A stretch of DNA of 63,901 nt, the filler included, from Chiloscyllium plagiosum (lineage: Eukaryota): assembly GCF_004010195.1 (NCBI RefSeq). It is 5 parts of one record of this genome, joined end to end, with 100 filler letters (N's around TTAATTAATTAA, not from the genome) between each part and the next. Parts side by side here need not be neighbours in the genome. Positions count along the whole stretch, not along the records: positions 45,408 to 60,885 come from NC_057710.1; 4 more parts are not named here. One strand, written 5' to 3'. Made by a program: the position numbers and the translations under genes. Positions within the stretch are counted from its first letter, which is position 1, and every line of letters begins with the position of its first letter. The notes under the pieces were generated by a model. It was not told the DNA's origin. It made no database searches and saw only the letters and a list, made by a program, of their open reading frames with translations. Shown here piece after piece: positions 48,461 to 60,985 of this stretch.

Positions 48461-51084
48461 CTCCAACTCCCTAACAATAGGAATAAAATCATAGTTGAAA
48501 GTCCACACTGGAAAGATAAATATTGTTACAAATCAATGCAAATATGCCAATCATTAATACCTTTCAACATATCTAATATGGAATAGATTGGTAAACCAGC
48601 AGACTCATGGTGACCTTCAGCATCCTTTGTTGTCTCATGCAGCAAGATATTTCCTCTGACTTTCTGCCACTGATTTCCATAATCCTTGGTGGAAGATTGA
48701 CGTGAACACCGTTTATGTGCCTACTGGGAGTTTCCACCATTTGTCCACTAAAGTTTCATTGGTCCCAATGAAATTCCTGGCCCTGCTTTCAGGTGAATCA
48801 AAGCATTTCAAATCATAGCACGTCATTGTCTGTAAAGTGCTTTGGGACATCTTGAGGCCATAAATGGCATGATATGTAAACATAAGGTTTTTATTTAGAC
48901 TAGATGCAAAAAAGAGATCAGTAAAACTCAGAGAAACCAATCTCCATAACAGAAAGGTGACATCTTCTACTTCTAAACCCAGTCCTACTGTGAATGCCAA
49001 GACAGCAATTATCATTTCAGTGCTATTTTGTACTTAAAAATCTGCCTTATGAAGTGGATTAAGACCCACCAAGAATCTGGTTAAAATTGCTCAGATTTCT
49101 TTCACACAGGACTCACGCAGCTTGGAAACAGAGGACACTTTCATTGCATTAGGCTGGGCTGCACTTTCCTCTTGGTTCCAAAAACAAATCAGTTGTGCCT
49201 TTAATGCTGCACCACCCAGTCTCCTGAGTGAATGGTAAACTGACCTGAGAGTAGTGCTCCAGATAATATTATATTCAACGGAAGACATGGCAATAGATTA
49301 CAGTTAATTTCACTACAACCTTTAAACTGGTTCAATTATCACTCTAAACCAATTTAACATTGTTGTAGTAGTTCTGCAATTTTGGAAGAAGTATTCGGGA
49401 GTTGTATTTATATTTATAATAAAGAAGAAAACATTTTGGTTTGCGAACAAACAATGGTCCATGAGAAAATGATTCAGTAGGTTTCTCTCAGGAAGTATAT
49501 AACTGTCTGTGCATGTTTTGGATATGTTTGATTGTGTTTTTATTTTGCATTCATATTGGCTGTTAATTGGTTAAAGCTTGGAAACAACGTGCAACCCAGT
49601 TCTGTTGGAATAGTTTTTGGATACAACAACTGTGAAGTCAGTTTCCAGAAGTCATTTCTTCATTTTTTTATTATTGGTGCTGTCACAATGACAAATTAGT
49701 AAGCTGGACTATTTGATTATTTATTTCTTAGACAACGTTCATTCCAAATAAATAAATATTGCCACTTATTTCAGATTCAACTTTTGAACCAAAAAGCAGT
49801 GTTGAAACAGCAAATTACTTTGAAGCACAGCACATTGGTTATATTCATGAGAGAAGTTACGGAAGGGAGAACTAAATGAGAGGTGCCTAAGATATAATCT
49901 GTGTTTGGTTTTCTTTTTAACTAGATTTTTTGCAAGAAAAGTATTGGTTTAATTCCAGAGAGTATTTTCACTTGAAGAGAAAGTACACCAGGTTTTGGAT
50001 GAATTAGTAAGCAAGCAACTACTTGAAGTATGGCACCCATCCAAAACAAACTTGTTTCCAAATTCACACTATTTCCAAACTTCTTGTTTCTTTCATTTCA
50101 ATTTCTACACCTTCGTCATGTCTGCACAGGTTTATGAAGAATTATTTTTTAATTGTCTCGGGTTTTCATTGAACTAAGACAGGCTTAATCCAAGGGATTC
50201 ATAAATAAAAAGCAAGTAAAAGAGGAACACTGATCTCTCTTGCTGGTCACATCATTATGAACAAAAACATAAGAAAATTGGTATTGACAATTCTGTTGCA
50301 GACTGAAAAATATTCAGCACCTCACTAAATCATACCTTTTACATGTCCAGACATTGCTTTATTGACAGTTGTTTTAATTCTTGGTTGGTCTCCAAATGGT
50401 TTCCCTTGTCCTTGGATCAAAGGACTACTTCCATGTGCAGGCTAACACTTTCTACCAACGAAAATTGCCCCTGATGTGAAAACCATCAAAGACATTAAAA
50501 ACATGTCCTGGGTAAACACTAAATTTTTTAACTACTGATAAGCTCACTTGAGATAGTAACTCCAGTAACCTATGATAATTGGACAATGATCAGATTGCAA
50601 AGTGGCAAGTGGTGGAAGTCAAAGTGGAAAAGGCATTGACAGAATGTACAAAAGGAAAATTAGTTTTATTTTTGTGGCATAGCAACGTGAGGAAGCAACT
50701 GAGCACAATGAGTCCTCCAGATGTCTTCTCCTGAGTAGCCTCAATCTCTGATATAGCCTCAATTTACCTGGAAATGTAAAAAAAAATTCCCGACCATGTT
50801 CTGTCCACAAAAAGCATCACAAATCCCATCAAGCATTGCCACTGGTCAAAAGCATGGGCAAACATCTCAGGTGAAATCATTTCAACATATCCACTGATAC
50901 AGGAATGGAGTGGGGAAGGTCATCAGCCAGTTCTGGCACAAACTTCAAGAGTGTGAAATGCACATGGGGCAGTGAAGCTCAGCAATTTCCCATTCACCAC
51001 TCTTGTCTAATGCTTTCCAACATTCGGCAGAGGGAGCTTGAGGACTTTTTTCTTTCTTTGTATTATTTACTTTCCTAACAGTAG

Positions 51085-51586
51085 CTTGAGGCAGCTTTGA
51101 AGATGTGGCCATAATGTTCATGTCTACGAGGAAGGGTAATCCAGAGACCCAGGATCATGCTCTGTGGAGCAGGAGTTTAAATGCTACCCTAGCAGCTAAT
51201 GGAATTTCACTTCAATTATAATAACCTAGAATATAAAGCTAGTCTCAGTAATAATTACCATGAAAATTGTATTGAAGCATTCTTGCGATGTGGTGATAGT
51301 GTTCCTCCCTCTGAGCCAGGAGACCTAGGTTGAAATTGCACCTGTCCCAGATGTGTGTCATAACAGGGTGGTTAGAAAAATTCTTAGGGTATTGTCAATG
51401 GTTGTAAAATGGATTCATAAATGTTCCTTCAGGAAAGGAAATCAGCCATTCTTCCCTTGTCTGGCTTATCTATGACTGCACACCCACAGCATTGTGGCTG
51501 ACACTTAACAGCTCCTGAGGAGAATTAAAGGCTGGGCAAAAATGATGGGCTTGCTAGTGACACTCACATCCCATAATCAATTAAAA
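51085..51586 (+). mobile_element. SacSINE1/DeuSINE-type SINE with nested short tRNA-like SINE (~51275-51385)
   Basis: taatccagagacccag, cacccacagcattgtggctgac and gggcaaaatgatgggcttgctagtgac parallel 40269-40615. Confidence 0.65.
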
Positions 51587-53599
51587 TGGACAAGTGAGAC
51601 ACAAGCGTGAGATTTGTAAAATCAAGGAAAAAGATATACAAGAACCAGAAGAAAGTGATGTTAAAATCCCAAGTGTCAAAGATAAGTGAAAGGATTACAG
51701 CACACTTTTTAGCTCAACCTATATTTCGCAGTGGCTGCAAGGTAATGTTAAAAACCCAGAAGTGAACAGGAGGGCAGAGCTGCCACCTCCATAAGTTACA
51801 AGGTCCAGCATGATCAAACTAGGTCCCACAGCCCTTAAAAAAGCCTTTAGCCTCCACTTTCCTTTCCTGTGTTTTTTACTTTTTTGAAAGCTCGATACCT
51901 TGTTCCCCATTCCACAATTATTCCCTACCTCCTCCCAGCCTCACCACATTTCCAAATTCCAACTTTATCTGGCACAAGGCACTAATCGCCATGAATTGTT
52001 CCCGGCATTCCCCAGCTGTGGAATTTTGCTGCAGATTTTCCCACTCGGAATCGAAACAATTCTACTGGCTACAGGAGCAGGAAATGGAGAAAACTATTAC
52101 AATTAAATTCAGCAAGATCTTATGCAACCTGCGATTTTTCAGGTGCTCTAGCCATTTGTGGTCAACCTTACACTTTCTCTGTTTCCTGCTGAACACTGCA
52201 GTTAATGCTCAATTTACAGAGCACAGATGCTCTGATGAGTACTTACAGCAGTACCAAATTGATGGACACTTTCAAAGATTAGCGTTTGTGTACGCCTGTT
52301 GTAGAATTTGGTTTACGTTGCTTCTCCTCATTGATCCTTGTGCAGTGCATCAAGAAATAATTCATCACAAATGGCATGAATAAAATTGAATTGAATTAAC
52401 TTTGTTGTCACATGTACTCACTTGAGTTCAGTGAAAGTTTGCAAGTCGCATTTACAACGACCCCTCATCTTAGGTACAGTAACCTAGGCATAGGTTCTTG
52501 ACTGCAAATTCTTAGGAAAGAAATATAGAAAAATAAAGAAATAAAAAAATCCAGCATTACAGACCTTCAAAAGTATAAATTCATGGCAATAATTAGATAA
52601 TTGACTGCATTCCTTTTGAAATTACAAGTTTTGGAAGAAGGTCTCTTAAAAAAAGATTTGAATATTTACACTTCAGGATTCTGCAGCATTTAAAATAATC
52701 AGAACCTCAAATGGAACAATCTTGGATTTGAATGAAGGATTTGACCTGTTAATTACTCTGAGGACATTTCTTCCCAATTGGGTAATGCCTCGAGATTCCT
52801 TGTGTTGAAATTATAGAATCAGCAGAATTACTGGCAAATGTTTCAATCCAGGATATCTGAATCTCCCATCGGATGAGAAGAAAGTAGAAGGAAGACATGA
52901 AGAAATCTATTCCCGTGAAAAGGACAGACATACTGTTTTAAAGTCTGGGAAAAAGACACGGGGAAAATCTTTTAGGGGCCTGAACAATGTGGGATCGGGT
53001 GAAATTTATAGCAGATTCACATGAGAGGTCCAGTGAGGCCAATCCTGACACCGGGAGTGTCTCACATCACTTTTAATGCATCTGCCAGGCAGCGAGGTTA
53101 ATTCCTCATTCAGCAGCAGCCAGTTGCCAAATTAGGGGGATTAAAGTTTGTTAAGTAGCTTATTAATGGCACAACTCATCTCATTCATATTCAGCCTCCT
53201 GTCTGACCAAACACAGAAACAAACTAGATGTTAAGAATTCTTGAGGTGAAAGTCAGAGTGAGACTGGTCACGTCAGCTTGCTGCTGACTGCAAACAGCCT
53301 CCGTGTCACTAAGCACCAAACAGCAGCATTTCAGGATACACTCCGCAGGGACCAGCCGCACACATGTCTCATCCAGGAAGACTGGGCCTGACATTTGTCA
53401 ACCCTTCATGATCCTCATGGCCAGCTGTCCAGAATTCATACGAAGTGCAGACCAAACTAACTAAACTCTGCTGCAGGGACCCTCTGTGTGGAAGGACAGA
53501 CACTGAACTCATTAATAGGACCAGGCTATATCACAGGGCTGCACATAAATGCCCTGTTGGAGATAAATTTAATGTGGTGGGTCTCCACATGGCACGGCC

Positions 53600-54560
53600 A
53601 AGGTGGAAGTAGGCTGTACAAGGTGACCAGGCAGGGCCTAGTGCTGACTATTTGTTATGTTCCCTGCCATCACTTGCCTTTCGCTACATGTGGAAGTTGA
53701 CTACGCAATGGCTGAGACAATGCCCAGGATGGACAGAGGCAGTGTCACATTGATGGACAAAAGTCTGCTGGATGCTAGGACATTTCAAGGGGTAAATAAA
53801 TGAAGCATGGGTTTGCAAACTGCAGCTATATTTCATTTGCAATCAATTCATCGCCATTTGTAATACATGTGGTGTGAATGTGCTTAGTTGTGAAGTGCTG
53901 TTCTAGGGAGATTAATACCATGTAGTTGGCGGTAGCAAGTCCAACTGTGACATCTCAGTGCTGCAGAAGTTAGCAACAATAACTTACAAAGAAGCAAATG
54001 CTGGTCAAAAACATCTCATCACACATGCAACTTCCAAGGTTGCCACGGGATGAGCGAATATTGTTGCACCGTTTGTTACGTAAGTATAATGACTTCACAG
54101 CAGGTCAGGCAGCATCCAAGGAACAGGAGAATCGACGTTTCGAGCATAAGCCCTTCTTCATTCCTGAAACGTCGATTCTCCTGTTCCTTGGATGCTGCCT
54201 GACCTGCTGCGCTTTTTCAGCAACACATTTTCAGCTCTGAGCTCCAGCATCTGCAGTCCTCACTTTCTCCCCTAATGACTTCACAGAATTTGATGAAATT
54301 TGAACAATTGATGTGGATCTGGGATGTGTTGGGAACTGGATTCCTTTTTAGATGCAATGTCTTGGTTACTCAGCTGATGCCATACTTTCACTGACCCGGG
54401 CTGTGATGGAACACATGATTCAGCTGCTGAAGATGCTGAGCTCTACACAATTGGAGCAGACAATGAGGCAACTTGCTTTGTGATGAGGAACTGGGAGAAG
54501 GGGAGCAGTCTTCTGAGGAGAGAAAGGAGGATGACATCAGTGGGGAAGGGCAAAGTCTCT
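53600..54560 (+). mobile_element. PIF/Harbinger DDE transposase remnant (very decayed)
   Basis: TRAVMEHMIQLLKM (~54394-54435) resembles TRxxIExxxGxLKxRF; acidic tail EELGEGEQSSEERKEDD; FQGVN-like at ~53783. Confidence 0.45.
54101..54272 (+). mobile_element. Fold-back mini Penelope pLTR with 14-bp TSD
   Basis: TSD taatgacttcacag at 54087-54100 and 54273-54286; 44-bp inverted arms 54098-54141 / 54166-54209; same family as 15401. Confidence 0.9.
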
Positions 54561-55777
54561 TTATCCGTGACAACTCGGCTGTGTCAGGTACAGACAGGAC
54601 ACAGCATTTGCCAGCATTTGGTTTGAAATGTGTGGGTAATCTGCATCCTCTACTCATTTTATTTGTACCCCCTTTTGCTGGCTGTCAATAAATGCTAATA
54701 CTTGTAATTGTCCAATTGTTTGCCTATATGTGATGTTCCCCAACTGGACAATAACAAGCTTTAGTTGTCCTGTAGGTATGGGGAGTAGAGTAGCATTGAA
54801 TGAGAGATGGTGTTCAGACGGAATGTAGCTAAGGACAGGAAGACCGTATGGCTTGGTGGTTAAAAGCAATTAGGGTGAGAAAATGGGGTTGTATGTGTGA
54901 GGGAGTATCAACTACGCACCCACGGGGCATGGTTTATGTTGTCTGTGAGTGGCAATGCGACATTGCCAACATTCTCTGAGTGCTCAACAGTCTTTAAAAT
55001 ATTGTACAGATGCAAAGAATGATGATCATTTGGTGGCTACCAGTGAGTGGTGAGTTATTCTGGAACAGCATGTGGTACGATGTGACTAGATTCGGATGAG
55101 AAGGTGCCATAGAGTGGTGTAGGTAGTCACTGAGGTGAGTTAGATAAGATATGGAAAGAAATCTCACTGCGCCTTGCAGCAGAAACCCCTCTATAAAACT
55201 CAACTTAATTGTCACTTAGTTCAAAACACATTTGATACAGTCCATGTGATTGAACTTACAACACAGGGGACAGAAATTGGTTTGTTTTCTTGCCAGAACT
55301 CATCTCTGAATTAATCACTGTAAAATTAAAATGTCCACTTAAGGAAGCCTTTGATTGGCATGGGAGTGGGTTTCCAAAGGATGAGAGTGGGGTAGAGGGG
55401 TTCAGAGGGTGTATGGACAGTCAGTAAAAAGACTAGAACCAAATTGTGTGCTTTTGACACCTATGCAGGCCATCACTGAGGATGCTGGTTGAATGAAGGG
55501 AGAAACCTATTTATATGTAAAAGCTTTCCAAAGGAAATGAAAGGTTCAGAACCACAGGCAGAGCCAAGGACTCAAGGTGCATATCTCATTGACGTTGACC
55601 TGGATTTAATGCTGAAGCTATAAGGCTAAGGTAGGAGATCCTTCTCCCAGAGCAATGCTTAAAGGAGACACTATACTGCAGTGATGTGCAGCCATTTGTG
55701 AAACACAGCCAAAGTTCTCCATTGATCTTTGAAAGGATCTAGAAGTAAAGATGTTCAAGGCAACAATGACTTATATT

Positions 55778-56322
55778 GAGGTTGTGCAGGCATTGGTGAG
55801 GCCTCTTCTGGACTATTGTGTCCATTTCTGGTCTCCCTGTTATAGGAAGGATATTATTAAACTGGAGAGGGTTCACAAGAGATTTAGCAGGATGGTGCCA
55901 GTAATAGACAATTTGAGTTATAAGGCGAGGGTGGGTAGGCTTGGACTTCTTTCACTGGAACATAGGATGTTGAGAGCTGATCTTACAGAGGTTTACAAAA
56001 TAATGAGGGGTAGAGATAAGGTGAATAGCAAGTGTCTTTTCCCTAGAGTGAGGGAGTTCAAGACTAGGGGGCATGTTTTTAAGGGAAAAGCAGAAATATT
56101 TTAACAGGACATGAGAGGCAATTTATTTACACAATGGTTCCTGCATGGAATGAACTTCCAAAGGAAATGGTGGATATGGGTACAGTTACAACGTTTAAAA
56201 CAAATTTAGAAAAGTACATAAATAAGAAATGTTTGGAGGAATATGAGTCAAGTGCAGGCAGGTGAAACTAGTTTAATTTGGGATTAAGGATGGCATGTAT
56301 TTGAGTATTTGGTCCATGGACT
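55778..56322 (+). mobile_element. CR1 3' fragment
   Basis: LVRPLLDYCVHFWSPCYRKDIIKLERV (ORF 55751-56104). Confidence 0.9.
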
Positions 56323-57084
56323 GAAGGAAGAAGGTAAAAGACTGGTGTTGCAGAGGTAGGCTTCAGGACCAGAACAGTTATGGAGAGTGGGACAGAATGT
56401 TGCCAGTGAGATGCATCCTATAGAACACAACAAAGGAGAGAACAATGGTGGCACCAATGCTGAAGAGAATCCCTTAAATAAGGAGGATTGTGGGATGGAA
56501 GCTAAGGACAAAGGAAATCGTAATATACTGCTGGGAGGGAGGAGAAAAGGTAGAAACAGAAATTTGGGAAATCCTAAGAACAGGCAAAGAATAGCTAGGG
56601 GTACTCAGGAATTTCTTGCTGTTTTTTTCTCTGCCCTCTCAGTTGCTGTTGTATATTTACTGAGCATTGTCTAACAGCTTTTGAAAGGCTGCTTAACGTC
56701 CTCCAATCAAACACTAGTGGTTTGGACTTGCATTTCTGACATTTTCAACAGTTTTAACTCCCAGCTGTGTCCCCAAATTCTTATGTCCCTCTTGATTAAA
56801 ATTAAATTTGCAGAATCTGCCTTAGGAAGTGTAAGGAAGAATATTTTGTTTATTGTAAAATAAGCAGCAGGGATGATGAGTGGTCCCTAGTGAGTAAGTA
56901 GCAAATGCAGAGATCATGAAGGGTTTGTAGTTTGGGAGGATGAGCTGAGTGAGAGTCATTGAGTGGACATGACGCATGTAATAATGAGAGTTGTAGTCCA
57001 TGAACTTTGGTGAGAGGTGTTTGCAGTGGTAAGATATAGAGTGATTGGTGACCCTGTGAATGTCAGGTAGCAGAGAGAAAACAG

Positions 57085-57300
57085 TGACTGTTATCCTTGT
57101 GGACCTTCTTCCTGCACTGCTGGGTATTCTACTCGAACTTGGGCACAGCGCAGATGTAGGCTGCAATTTGCCTTCAAATTGCCTGGTCTCCTTTGACGCT
57201 TAGCAGGGAAGTAAAGGTTGTTTCCCCTTCCCATCACCTCAATCATCAGGACGTCCAGGTCCCTGCCAAAACTGAACTCTCTGTATCCTTGTTCTCTCAA
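57085..57300 (-). mobile_element. PIF/Harbinger Myb/SANT-like exon remnant
   Basis: FGRDLDVLMIEVMGRGNNLYFPAKRQRRP, then frameshifted QQCRKKVH; parallels 10270-10500. Confidence 0.55.
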
Positions 57301-57584
57301 AGACTCATATCATATATGGTCCTCTGCCCTCTGCTAGCCCTTCCTATGTGATCAATGAACTATATCTCTCTTTCTCTCCCTCTCATTAGAGGAGACAAGC
57401 TCTGAACCTTTATCACTCAATGGCTCTGATTCCACTGGCATTCTCTATATTCACTGGTTTCCAGTTAAACCTCTCCTTACTTGTCACCCACAAGGCAATC
57501 TTTCTAAAGAGACCAGCCTTTGAACTCAACTTTCCTGCTTAGAAACAGTGCCGACAAAACAAAAAAAAGTGCTAGAACTCTGAA

Positions 57585-57680
57585 ACAAAATAAGAAATTG
57601 CTGGAAAAACTCAGTAGATCAGGCAGCATAAGTGGAGAGAAGGCAGAGTTAGCATTTCGATTCCAATTACTCTTCTTCCA
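57585..57680 (-). mobile_element. Penelope-type pLTR remnant with decayed hammerhead
   Basis: Minus tggaagaagagtaattggaatcGAAAtgctaactctg; family of 17520-17610. Confidence 0.55.
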
Positions 57681-58724
57681 AACTATTCTTCCCCAACCTT
57701 CAACTATAGTGTCAGTAAATCCTATCCTATATCTTGATGAGTTGATGAGTGAAACAGATCATGCTACAAATTCCTCCACTAGCACCCCCAGCACCACCAC
57801 TAAGATTACACTGATTCTCTGCTACTGATAGCATAGAATATCTTGGTCACTAAATTGTGTGAGGGAGCTGTTTAGAATGTTTCAATGTTAACAATAAGTT
57901 TCTATTATGTTAACAACCAGAGAGTTCATGATGAAACAAAGGCCTTTGACCAGTTTCTTGTTCAGGTGAAGATAGATGGAAAGCTACCTAGACATTGCTG
58001 TAATATGGAATACTTCTGAGAAACATTTTGAAAGGACTTTTGCTGCCAAGAAAAATTCAAAAGATAGTACGTGTCATATTTTCAAGGCATCCCTGTCTCA
58101 TGATATTGAAATAAATTTCCTGTGGTTGTGTCCAAATGCTCAGTGGAAATACTCATCTTTCACATCTATGGCTCCCAGCCAATCCTCCAGTCACACAGCT
58201 TGTGGAATAGCTGGAAGAGCGCTCTTTCTCTTAACTATTAAATACTCAGAAGTGTATTACTAGAATATGAAGCCAATGTATACTCTAAAGTGCAATGGTT
58301 CCACTTGTGTAGTTAATTGTGATCAGTTAGAGTCAACATTTGAGGTAAGATATGCCACCTAGCTGCACAATAATGCCAAAACTCAAAACATTAAAATCCA
58401 GCAGACTTGTTGCGTTATAAAAAGTAACAAGTAGATTCAAATAGGGAGGATTTTAAGGCGGGGGGGGGGAGAAATATTTTCTGTTTCCCCAAAGCCAAAA
58501 TTTCATAAGGTCCAAAGGGTCAACCAGAAACTTGGCTATTCCACAACAATATTACGGAGGGACTATCTTCCTGGACTCAAAGTGGGACTTCAATCCCCAG
58601 CTCTATAGCCTCAGCTGTACCAGAACTGAGTAGTGACCACGGCTGCGACTGTACACAATCCTCAGAGAAGTAGACTTTGTCTGGATGGGCCACCTTAATA
58701 ATCAAGGAGCAAAGAATATACAAA

Positions 58725-59360
58725 AACTATGACCAGAGAAAATGTATTAGAGAAACTGATGTGGTTAATGGCTAAAGTGCCCTGAGGATCATAGGTTATA
58801 TCTTATGATATTAAAACAAGTAGCCCATAGCAATATTCAATGCATGGAGAGGAATCTTCTAAGAATCCTTAGACTTTGGAAAAGTCCCAAAGGATTTGCA
58901 AACTGGCAAAACAGCATAATTATTTTAAAAAGGAGACAATAAACAAAACAACTTCAAACCAATTAGCTTAACATCACTTATTAGTAACATGTTAGATTCT
59001 ATTATAAAGGATGTAATAGCAGAATATTTAGAAATACATACCATAACCAAACAGAGTCAGCATGGCTTTATTAATGGGAAATCTTGCTATGGAATTATTT
59101 TGAGAACATAACAAGCAGAATAGATACAGGTGAACCAGTAGATGAAAGTTATTGAGATTTCCAAAAAAGCATTCCAGAAGGTCCCACCTGTAAAGCTACA
59201 TCATAAGACAAAACCATGTAGTGTTGGAGTGGTATATTATGGATAGATACAGAACTAAGAGATACAGAAAATTGGGATACAGGGAGCACTTTCAGAATGG
59301 TAACCTGTAGCAAGTGGAATGCCACGGGGATCCATGCTGGAACCACAATTATTTACAATA
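58725..59360 (+). mobile_element. Decayed CR1 RT fragment
   Basis: NFKPISLTSL, QSQHGFINGKSC, DFQK, SSGMPRGSMLEPQLF. Confidence 0.75.
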
Positions 59361-59384
59361 AAAAAAAGTCAAAACAACAGCAGG

Positions 59385-60885
59385 TTTAAAAGGGAGAAGA
59401 GTGGGCAAAGGAAGCACATGGTGAGGTCAGTGCAGGAGAGAGAGAGAGAGAGAACCTGCACACTTACTGCCTTTGCTGTTTGATTTCGTGTATCGCTGGA
59501 CATCAGAGTGCATCTGGGAAAATTAACAAACAGTGAAATTCACAACTAATCTTGGAGGAACTGTTGGGCGAAGTTCACAGCACAGAATCAGATAATTGCT
59601 GTTTTAAGTCTGTCCAAGAGAAAGTCTGCAGTAGTGAGTATAGTGGATTCTTTCTTGATTATATGTTTTTGGAGATAAGTCTCTTGATTAAACTTAAAAT
59701 ATAAGCCATAGCTATTAATTTAACCTGGGGCAGTGTTTGTAGTGGAATAAGACAGTGTTATTTTCTGGGTCTGTAAATTGTGAAGGAGCAAAACTGGCGT
59801 TTGCAGTGATATGTACTTCTTGTCAGATGTGGGAGTTTAAAGAGAGTTTAAGGGTTACTGCAGATTATATCTGCCATAAATGCTGTTGGATGCAAATCTT
59901 ATCAGATAAAGTGGATTGTTTGGAGAGACAGATAGAAGCAATGAGGAATTTGCAACAGCAACAGTATGTGATGGATGGCAGTTATAGAAAGGGGGTGAAA
60001 GTCTCAGATATAGTCACATAGATGGAAACATGGCTCAGGGATGGGCAGGACTGGCATCTTAATGTTCCAAGATACAAATGCTACAGGAAGGATAGAAAGG
60101 GAGGCAAGAGAGGAGGGGTTTGTGGCATTTTTGATAAGGGATAGCATTACAGCTGTGCTAAGGGAGGATATTCCTGGAAATACATCCAGAGATGTTATTT
60201 GGGTGGAACTGATAAATAAGAAAGGGATGATCACCTTATTGGGATTGTATTATAGACCCCCTAATAGTCAGAGGGAAATTGAGAAACAAACTTGTAAGGA
60301 GATCTCAGCTATCTGTAAGAATAATAGGAAAGTTATGGTAGGGAATTTTAATTTTCCAAACATCGACTGGGACTGCCATAGTGTTAAAGGTTTAGATGAT
60401 GAGGAATTTCTTAAGTGTGTACAAGTCAATTTTCTGATTCAGTATGTGGATGCACCTACTAGAGAAGGTGCAAAACTTGACCTACTCTTGGGAAATAAGG
60501 CAGGGCAGGTAACTGAGGTGTCAGTGGGGAAGCACTTTGGGGCCAGCGACTATAATTCTATTCGTTTTAAAATAGTGATGGAAAAGGATCGACCAGATCT
60601 AAAAGTTGAAGTTCTAAATTGGAGAAAGGCCAATTTTAACGGGTATTAGGCAAGAACTTTCGAAAGCTGATTGGAGGCAGACGTTCACAGGCAAAAGGAC
60701 GGCTGGAAAATGGGAAGCCTTCAGAAATGAGATAACAAGAATCCAGAGAAAGTATGTTCCTGTCAGGGTGAAAGGGAAGGCTGGTAGGTATGGGGAATGC
60801 TGGAAGACTAAAGAAATTGAGGGTTTGGTTAAGAAAAAGAAGGAAGCATATGTCAGGTACAGACAGGAGAGATCAAGTGAATCCT
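59385..60885 (+). mobile_element. CR1 with 5' UTR and ORF1 Zn finger fused by deletion to the ORF2 endonuclease
   Basis: CTSCQMWE...ICHKC (59755-60021) directly followed by ETWLRDGQDWHLNVP, YYRPPNS, GNFNFP, LDLLLGN, SDYNSI. Confidence 0.92.
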
Positions 60886-60985
60886 NNNNNNNNNNNNNNN
60901 NNNNNNNNNNNNNNNNNNNNNNNNNNNNNTTAATTAATTAANNNNNNNNNNNNNNNNNNNNNNNNNNNNNNNNNNNNNNNNNNNN
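60886..60985. other. Scaffold gap with artificial linker
   Basis: N44-TTAATTAATTAA-N44. Confidence 0.97.

Noticed and set aside
52749..52931. Possible host exon/ORF
   Set aside because: No recognisable protein; splice-bounded reading not convincing
56387..56674. 95-aa ORF with hydrophobic C-terminus
   Set aside because: Purine-rich low-complexity sequence next to a CR1 tail; no homology or gene context
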